Both the position numbers and the translations under genes were made by a program. The notes under the pieces are model-generated. The model did no database searches. It worked only from the letters and a program-made list of their open reading frames with translations, and had not been told where the DNA came from. Shown here piece after piece: positions 57,788-64,000 of a DNA stretch of 64,000 nucleotides (within the stretch, counting starts at the first letter, position 1; each line of letters starts with the position of its first letter). This stretch comes from an uncultured archaeon (GTDB lineage: Archaea; Iainarchaeota; Iainarchaeia; Iainarchaeales; 1-14-0-10-31-34), in assembly GCA_964608675.1 (NCBI GenBank), contig CAZSOZ010000004.1, forward strand, positions 46,376-110,375, given 5' to 3'.

Positions 57788-58480
57788 TTATTTTTTTGTT
57801 TTCCAGCTTTTTCTTGTTTTTTTGTTTAATGAATTTTCTCTGAAATCTTTTGCCAGAACGCTTGCTGCTCCAATTACAGGCTCCAAGTCATCTCCTTTAA
57901 CTAAAAACCTTCCTTTTTTTATTCCTTTTAGTTTTTGTCCGTCAATGACTATTTCACTTTTTTCATTTAATGAATCAAAAAAAAATGCAATTGAATTAAT
58001 TGCTTTTTCTTCAATGGAGTTCATTGTTTCTCCTTTTTTTCTTAATTCATCTATGTATTCAGGATTCAAAGAAAAAATTATCTGGCTTTTTGATTTTTCT
58101 GTTGCAATCCTTGTTTTTTCTTTTAAGTTTTTTGTTTTCTTGCTGTCCCTTAATTCAAGCAATTTGCTTTTTTCTCCCAAAACAGCGGAAATCACAAAAG
58201 GGCCTGTTTTTTCTCCTCTTCCGGTTTCATCTATTCCTATAATTGTCTTGCTTTTAACTTTAATTATTCTAATCAATTCATCAGAAATTTTTTCACAGTC
58301 TTTTCCCTGAATCATTAGTTTTCCAGAAGAATAAAGTGTAACTGTTGAATCATCTATTTTAACCCTTTTTTCTTCAAAAGCATTGTTTGTTTTTATGTCT
58401 TCAAATTTACTTAAAACTTTTTTTATTTGCTCTTTTTCTTTTGAATTAAAGTTTAGCACTTTTTGCATTTTTTTCTCCAA
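57788..58480 (-). CDS. RNase HIII-like protein (TBP-like N-domain plus RNase H type 2 core), short C-terminus
   Basis: VTLYSSGKLMIQG; GIDETGRGE, LRDSKK, IDG, KGD, AASVLAK. Confidence 0.8.
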   Translation of the reverse strand: MEKKMQKVLNFNSKEKEQIKKVLSKFEDIKTNNAFEEKRVKIDDSTVTLYSSGKLMIQGKDCEKISDELIRIIKVKSKTIIGIDETGRGEKTGPFVISAVLGEKSKLLELRDSKKTKNLKEKTRIATEKSKSQIIFSLNPEYIDELRKKGETMNSIEEKAINSIAFFFDSLNEKSEIVIDGQKLKGIKKGRFLVKGDDLEPVIGAASVLAKDFRENSLNKKTRKSWKTKK

Positions 58481-58517
58481 TAAATATTAAACCTGAATGC
58501 AATATATTCTTTTTGTT

Positions 58518-58709
58518 ATGCTTGAATGCGTTATCTGTGGAAAAGAATTTGGAAAAATAAAAGATAAAATAATTTTATGCAGATACAAAAACGGAATAGT
58601 GCATCAGGAATGCTGTATTAAGCAGTGTTCTGTTGATGGAAAACCCTGCAGGCATTCAATGGGAATTTTTCGCAGAAGCAAATTCAAAGAAGAAAAATTC
58701 TGGAATTAA
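58518..58709 (+). CDS. Small Cys/His-rich zinc-binding protein
   Basis: CVIC..C..HQECC..C..CRH. Confidence 0.65.
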   Translation: MLECVICGKEFGKIKDKIILCRYKNGIVHQECCIKQCSVDGKPCRHSMGIFRRSKFKEEKFWN

Positions 58710-58727
58710 AAAAAGAAAAAAAATAAA

Positions 58728-59087
58728 TTATCTTTCGCATTTAAAGCAGGAAATTTTTTCGCATTCTTTGTCTTTACATTTCCATTTGGTTGACCATTTT
58801 TTCATTGCATCAATTACCTTTATAAAGTCTCTTCCGCTTTCAGTTAAACTGTACTCTGATTTAATTGGAAAAGTTTTAGCATTAATTTTCTTTTTAATTA
58901 AACCAATTTTCTTTAATTCTTTTAGTCTGCTGGAAAAACTTCTTGGATTAACTTTTTTTAATTTAGATTTAATTTCAGAATACCTTTTTGCTTTATATTT
59001 ATTTTTGCATAATTGTACAAGGATTTCTAAAGCCCATTTTTTTCCAATAAAGTCAGTTACTTCAAAAACAGGACATTTTTTCTTCAT
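58728..59087 (-). CDS. HxlR-family transcriptional regulator
   Basis: CPV..IGKKW, SRLKEL, EYSLTESG; C-terminal CxxxxCxxxxCxxC. Confidence 0.9.
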   Translation of the reverse strand: MKKKCPVFEVTDFIGKKWALEILVQLCKNKYKAKRYSEIKSKLKKVNPRSFSSRLKELKKIGLIKKKINAKTFPIKSEYSLTESGRDFIKVIDAMKKWSTKWKCKDKECEKISCFKCER

Positions 59088-59189
59088 ATTTATAAATAAA
59101 AACAAGAATATTTATATACCTTTCTATATAAAATATAGTAAGTATACTTTGTATACAAAAAGTTTGTTAATTTGAGGGAGGTAAATAAA

Positions 59190-59387
59190 ATGGAAAAGAA
59201 TGTTTTAGATTGGCTTGCATTAGTACTGGTTATTGTAGGCGGACTGAATTGGGGTTTAGTCGGAATAGCAAACATGGATTTAGTTGCATTAATTTTCGGT
59301 TCAATTCCAATCCTGCAGCAGTTAGTTTATATTGTAGTTGGATTAGCAGCAATTTACATGATTTACTTTGCAACAAAACAAAAGTAA
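59190..59387 (+). CDS. DUF378 membrane protein
   Basis: LVIVGGLNWGLVG..DLV..IFG..VYIVVGLAA. Confidence 0.92.
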   Translation: MEKNVLDWLALVLVIVGGLNWGLVGIANMDLVALIFGSIPILQQLVYIVVGLAAIYMIYFATKQK

Positions 59388-59410
59388 AGTAAATAACTTG
59401 CTTTACTTTT
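59380..59410 (+). terminator. Hairpin terminator
   Basis: AAAAGTAAAGTAA-ataac-TTGCTTTACTTTT followed by T-rich sequence. Confidence 0.6.
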
Positions 59411-59494
59411 ATTTCTTTTTTTTATTTAATTTTTTTTTACATGGTTTTTTTACATGGTTTTATAAAATAATTTTTATTTTAAGGAGGTATTAAA

Positions 59495-60184
59495 ATGGAA
59501 GAAGAATTTAAAGAAAAAATTTCAATGCCTTTAATTGGAGATTCAGCTCCGTCTTTTAAGGCAAAAACAACTATGGGGGAAATAAATTTTCCTGCAGATT
59601 ATAAAGGAAAATGGGTAATTTTGTTCAGCCATCCAGCAGATTTTACTCCTGTTTGCACAACTGAGTTCATGACTTTTGCTTCAATGCAAGAAGAATTCAA
59701 AGAACTTAACACTGAATTGATTGGATTATCTATTGATAGCCTTTATGCTCATATTGCTTGGCTTAGAACAATCAAAGAAAAAATTGAATTCAAGGGCATG
59801 AAAAACGTTGAAGTAAAGTTTCCATTAATAGAAGACCTTACAATGGAGGTTGCAAAAAAATTTGGAATGGTCCAGCCTAATGCTTCAAACACTCAAGCGG
59901 TTAGAGCAGTTTTCATAATTGATGATAAAGCAAAGGTAAGAGCAATCCTTTATTACCCTTTATCTAATGGCAGAAACATGGATGAAATCAAAAGGCTTGT
60001 AATTGCCATGCAAAAATCAGATAAAGAAGGAATTGCGACTCCCGCTAACTGGCAGCCAGGAAACGACGTAATTGTTCCTCCGCCAAAGTCTTGTGGAACA
60101 GCAAAAGAAAGAGTGGAATCAAAAGAAGAAGGCAAATACTGTCTTGACTGGTTCATCTGCTTTAAAAAAGAAAAAAAGAATTGA
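59495..60184 (+). CDS. Peroxiredoxin (Prx6/archaeal type)
   Basis: HPADFTPVCTTEF, GRNMDEI, TPANW, CLDWFIC; AGGAGG RBS. Confidence 0.95.
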   Translation: MEEEFKEKISMPLIGDSAPSFKAKTTMGEINFPADYKGKWVILFSHPADFTPVCTTEFMTFASMQEEFKELNTELIGLSIDSLYAHIAWLRTIKEKIEFKGMKNVEVKFPLIEDLTMEVAKKFGMVQPNASNTQAVRAVFIIDDKAKVRAILYYPLSNGRNMDEIKRLVIAMQKSDKEGIATPANWQPGNDVIVPPPKSCGTAKERVESKEEGKYCLDWFICFKKEKKN

Positions 60185-60229
60185 ATTAATTTTCTTTTTT
60201 CTTTTTTTAGTTAAATTTTTATATTAAAT

Positions 60230-60754
60230 ATGCTTTATACTATCATGCATTATTTGATTGCTTTAATTTTTTGCTTATTCTTGTTTCCTTTAGCTTTCGC
60301 TGACATTGGGCCCAGCCCTTCCTATTCTTTTTCTATTGATAATGCATCAGATTTCTCTGAATACAAATTTTATTATGCAGGAAACATTTGGCCAGAACAG
60401 CTTACTTTAATTGAACAAGGAAATTCTGTTTACAAATTAAACACTAAAATTAAAGTTTATGCGGTTCCATTACAGTATGCAACTCAGAAAGAAATTCCTG
60501 AATCAGAGTTTGCTGAAGTTTCAGCTCAAAGCATTGTATCTGATGTAATTGATCTTCAAGCCGGAGAAACAGTTTTTGAAGTTAAATCTTTTAGCAAAGA
60601 AAGCAATAAACTGGTTTTAGAAAAAAAAAGCAATGTCTCTGATGTACAAGGATTTGATTTTGGTTCGTTGATAATTTCGTTGATTTTAGCAGCCGGAATT
60701 ATTGTTTTAGTGTTTTTTGCAGTTAAATCTTTGAAGAACAAAGGGAAAAAATGA
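60230..60754 (+). CDS. Secreted protein with C-terminal TM anchor
   Basis: Signal peptide AFA|DIGP; C-terminal TM plus basic tail. Confidence 0.7.
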   Translation: MLYTIMHYLIALIFCLFLFPLAFADIGPSPSYSFSIDNASDFSEYKFYYAGNIWPEQLTLIEQGNSVYKLNTKIKVYAVPLQYATQKEIPESEFAEVSAQSIVSDVIDLQAGETVFEVKSFSKESNKLVLEKKSNVSDVQGFDFGSLIISLILAAGIIVLVFFAVKSLKNKGKK

Positions 60755-61074
60755 ATCCTTTTTTGATTGAATTTTTTACTGCATTTTTTTTAACTAATTT
60801 AATTGAATTCATTCCCTTTAATTTTTTAATTAAAAAACCTTTGAAAGAAAAAATTGTTTTTTTGATTTTAATTAATTCCATTACTTTATCATTGTTTTGG
60901 TTTTTGGTTCCATTTTTTTTTGATTATTATTTGATTGCATTTCTTTTATTTGAATTCTTAATTTTTTTAGCTGAAGCTTTTATGATTAACTTTTTCTTTT
61001 CACAGTCTTTAAAGAACTCTTTTATTGCTTCTTTTTTAATGAACTTTCTTTCTGCCTTGATTGGCTTTTTTTGA
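60751..61074 (+). CDS. Four-TM membrane protein
   Basis: TNLIE..IN..E..E..MN pattern; ATGA overlap with the upstream gene. Confidence 0.7.
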   Translation: MNPFLIEFFTAFFLTNLIEFIPFNFLIKKPLKEKIVFLILINSITLSLFWFLVPFFFDYYLIAFLLFEFLIFLAEAFMINFFFSQSLKNSFIASFLMNFLSALIGFF

Positions 61075-61153
61075 ATAACAAGTTTTTTTTTTAATGCAAA
61101 CATTTTTATTTAATAAAACACTAATAATTCACTTGTATTAAAGGTGTTTTTTT

Positions 61154-63352
61154 TTGAAAAAATTATTGGCTGCAGTTTTTTTTATTTTATTTATTTCAAT
61201 TGTTTTTGCTTTCCCTGATTCTCATTACAAAACCTTGTTTTTTGAAGCCCAAGAAAAGTTTACCGGCTTTGCTTGTGTTCTTCCAGACCAATTCCCTGAA
61301 ACAAAACAAGACTGTCATATTGACTTGCTTTGCCCTGAAGAAAAAGACTCATGCAAAGATCTTGAAACAGAGTTTCTTAAGATTGCTCAGTGGGCGGCAA
61401 CACAGTATTCTGCAAAACAAGCAGAACACTGTGAACAAGTTGATTTAGATTATGCTGAAGCATGCAAAGTAGTTGACCAAACAGCTTGCAGTAATGCATG
61501 GAAAAACAAATCTAATTGGAATGAATTAACTGAAAAAGAAAAAGAAGTTTGTGCTAATATAAATAAAGAAGCCTGTGATGAAATAAGAAGTGAATTCGAG
61601 TTATGCAAGCCTTATCTTTTCTGGGCGCTTCCAGATGGAACAGGAACTTGCGGAGTTAAATGCCAAATATATTATGCTTTAAATGAATTGCAATCCTGTT
61701 ATCAGGAGTCATTTACAAAAAAAATCGAGTTATGCCAGCAACTATATAAATTTGGTTATAAACAAGGAGGAGAAAGCAGTGCAAAAGAAACAGTTATTAA
61801 AAGTTTCAGGAAAAACGATTTTTCTGCTTCAGGAGATTACTGGCGTGCTTTATCTCTTTGCTTGGCTAATGTTGAGGGAATAGAAGAAAGCATTCAATTC
61901 TGGGAAGACACCATAAAAAAAAAACAAGAAAGAATTAATTCAGATTATGAATATAAAGCAGAATATCAGTCATGGATTGATTCTAATCCAAACAAAACAG
62001 AAGAAATAGCAAAAAGACAGAAGTGGATTGCTGAAATTGAAAAAGACATTCAAAACCTAAAAACAGAAATTTCAGAGTCCCAACAAAAAAAAGAAAACCT
62101 TGAATACAATTTTTTGGATAAAAGAGTAAATGAAGCTTTAGCTAAAATGACAGCAGAAGAAGACAAACTTCATGGAATAATTCAAAAAGCATTAAGTAAT
62201 CCTGATAACCAGAAAATAGACGGCTTTAAAGAAAGAATTCAGTTTTTCTGGGAAAAAGTTTCTGGCATTGCAAAAGAAATAAATCTTGTTTGTGCTTCAG
62301 GAAAAAGCCAGACAATAAAAGAAAAAATGCCTGTCCTTGAAGAAAAAATAAAACAGCTTCACGAAGAAGAATTAGGGGATTTAGTTGATATAACTGGAAA
62401 AACAAAGGATTGTGGCAGTTATTGTTCTCAAACAGTAACAGAAACAATAGGAGAATTTTATGATAGAATATTTGAATTCAGGGATTATTCTGTGTTAATG
62501 GATTTTATTAATGGCCAAAAAGATATTGCTGGTCCGACAAAAGCTGAATGTGAAGCAGAATGCACTTCAAAAATCCCTTTTTCTTTTGGAAAACTTGAAG
62601 GACAAGAATGCACTTGTCCTTGCAGGCAAGGATATGTTTCTTCAGAAGGAAAATGCTTTCAGAAATTAGATGCTGTTCCAAAAAAAGATGATTTAAAGAA
62701 AAACAGGTTTTCAAGAGAAAAAATAAGTTTAGAGAATCCTCCTGAACCACCTCCATTAAATGAAAAAACAAAGAAACAAATAAAAAAAATTCTTGGCTTG
62801 AATGCAGATGAATTCAAGCAAGGAATGGGTCAAGGAAAAAAAGCAGGTATTTTTATAAGTGCAGGAATAGGAGACTATGAAAGGCTTTGGATTGGAAGCA
62901 AAATAAATTTAATGTATGCTTTTATGAAATACCTTGGATATGAAGTAAGCATTTATGACAGGCATTCAGATGAAGTCATATTGAATGCAATGTTTGGTCC
63001 TGAAGTTGATGCAGTAGCCTCTTTTTCTCATGGAGCAGAACCAGGCCTTCAAGGACTTCCAATTGATGGCAGTGTACTGGAAACAACAGGAGCAGATTAC
63101 AGGAGAAAACACTATGAGAAAAGCGGGATGGCAACAAAAGAAGCAAGAAAAAAAGCCAACAGCGAAAACAGTCTTGGCTGGAGTTTTTGTTATAATCATA
63201 GTTGTCATGGAGGCGATGCAGGATACAAGGAACTTGCAGACTTTGCTTTAAGAGAAGGAGGAGTTTATTTTGGAGAAAAAGGAATTCTTTGGGCAACAAG
63301 TTATCCTGATCTTTCTTATACAAAATCTTTTGCTGGAGGAGGAAGTTCTTAA
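61154..63352 (+). CDS. Large secreted Cys-rich/coiled-coil protein with putative caspase-like (clan CD) C-terminal domain
   Basis: Signal peptide; Cys-rich region; coiled coil; EGF-like CTCPCRQGY..C; Pro linker; FSHG and HSCHGG. Confidence 0.65.
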   Translation: MKKLLAAVFFILFISIVFAFPDSHYKTLFFEAQEKFTGFACVLPDQFPETKQDCHIDLLCPEEKDSCKDLETEFLKIAQWAATQYSAKQAEHCEQVDLDYAEACKVVDQTACSNAWKNKSNWNELTEKEKEVCANINKEACDEIRSEFELCKPYLFWALPDGTGTCGVKCQIYYALNELQSCYQESFTKKIELCQQLYKFGYKQGGESSAKETVIKSFRKNDFSASGDYWRALSLCLANVEGIEESIQFWEDTIKKKQERINSDYEYKAEYQSWIDSNPNKTEEIAKRQKWIAEIEKDIQNLKTEISESQQKKENLEYNFLDKRVNEALAKMTAEEDKLHGIIQKALSNPDNQKIDGFKERIQFFWEKVSGIAKEINLVCASGKSQTIKEKMPVLEEKIKQLHEEELGDLVDITGKTKDCGSYCSQTVTETIGEFYDRIFEFRDYSVLMDFINGQKDIAGPTKAECEAECTSKIPFSFGKLEGQECTCPCRQGYVSSEGKCFQKLDAVPKKDDLKKNRFSREKISLENPPEPPPLNEKTKKQIKKILGLNADEFKQGMGQGKKAGIFISAGIGDYERLWIGSKINLMYAFMKYLGYEVSIYDRHSDEVILNAMFGPEVDAVASFSHGAEPGLQGLPIDGSVLETTGADYRRKHYEKSGMATKEARKKANSENSLGWSFCYNHSCHGGDAGYKELADFALREGGVYFGEKGILWATSYPDLSYTKSFAGGGSS

Positions 63353-63849
63353 TGACTAAACTAAAAGTTTTTTCATTTATTTTATTGTTTTTGTTGTTAG
63401 CCGGTTGCCTTAACCCTGAACCTGAGGATGTAAACAAAAGCAAAACCCTTGAACCAAAACCAGTTGATGATTCAGATTTTTCTGTTTATTCTAACGCCAT
63501 TGAAATCAAGTTAAATTCAGCTGGAATTAATGTAACTAAAGTTGAAGTAAAAGAAGATGTTATTGAAGTTTATTTTATTCAGCCTTCTTCAAGTGACATA
63601 GAAGAAGTTTATTCTGTTTGGTCATACATTTTTGGTGTTGCAGTAAATAATGCTCCTTCAGGCAATGCATTAAAAGGAAACAATAGAATTGTATCGCTTT
63701 TTTGTTCTTTTGATGACGGAGAACAAATAAAAGTAACTTCAGGCTTTAAAGAAATCCTGTCTTTTTTGAATGAAGAAACAAATACTTGGAATTTTATTTA
63801 TTCTTGGGAAACAGAATCTCTTACAAAAGGACCTCAAATTCCAGAATAA
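63352..63849 (+). CDS. Lipoprotein translationally coupled to the preceding gene
   Basis: LLAGC lipobox; TAATG overlap. Confidence 0.75.
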   Translation: MTKLKVFSFILLFLLLAGCLNPEPEDVNKSKTLEPKPVDDSDFSVYSNAIEIKLNSAGINVTKVEVKEDVIEVYFIQPSSSDIEEVYSVWSYIFGVAVNNAPSGNALKGNNRIVSLFCSFDDGEQIKVTSGFKEILSFLNEETNTWNFIYSWETESLTKGPQIPE

Positions 63850-63883
63850 CTTTTTTGTTTCATTCAATCTCTTATAAATATAA

Positions 63884-64000
63884 AGCTCAGAGTTGAGTTA
63901 AATCATCATGCCGTCTGCTCACGGCAGTAGAGCCGCACAACTTTCAGTTGAGCTTGCTCGCTCTGCTCGCGTTGAACCGGTCAGCAGGTGTTAACCTCAT
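63884..64000 (+). ncRNA. Candidate structured RNA or 5' leader, cut by the window end
   Basis: GC-rich, three stem-loops downstream of a TTATAAATA box, then AGGTG RBS-like sequence. Confidence 0.45.

Noticed and set aside
59424-59461. 13-bp tandem repeat TTTTTTTACATGG upstream of peroxiredoxin
   Set aside because: Two low-complexity copies; only weakly similar to the transposon motif and no function can be supported.

Overview
A very AT-rich archaeal chromosome segment. GatD/GatE, archaeal-type ProS, Dph6, ZPR1, intron-containing tRNAs and Lys-rich proteins point to a DPANN lineage, possibly Diapherotrites/Iainarchaeota (inference, not a search result). Most of the window is housekeeping: sugar-phosphate, translation, DNA ligase, glycosyltransferase and redox genes. 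It also has five tRNA genes, two with introns. Main accessory features: (1) a 4268-bp cargo transposon at 2438-6705 with 17-bp terminal inverted repeats, a perfect 9-bp target duplication and arrayed subterminal motifs. It carries a SWIM-DDE transposase with a nonsense codon, an intact adenine methyltransferase and a frameshifted Tsp45I-like endonuclease. (2) A small toxin-antitoxin-like islet between two yjbQ 5' ends, with a palindrome at the break point. (3) A tRNA-Trp nested in a larger self-complementary GC-rich RNA. (4) A dispersed T-tract/A-tract palindrome that also builds both tRNA introns. (5) A 12.5-kb type IV pilus/Tad-like operon with leadered and apparently leaderless pilins and a vWA-PKD-zinc protease subunit. 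(6) A secreted Cys-rich protein with a caspase-like His/Cys C-terminus coupled to a lipoprotein. All calls come from reading motifs by eye; no database searches or folding programs were run.
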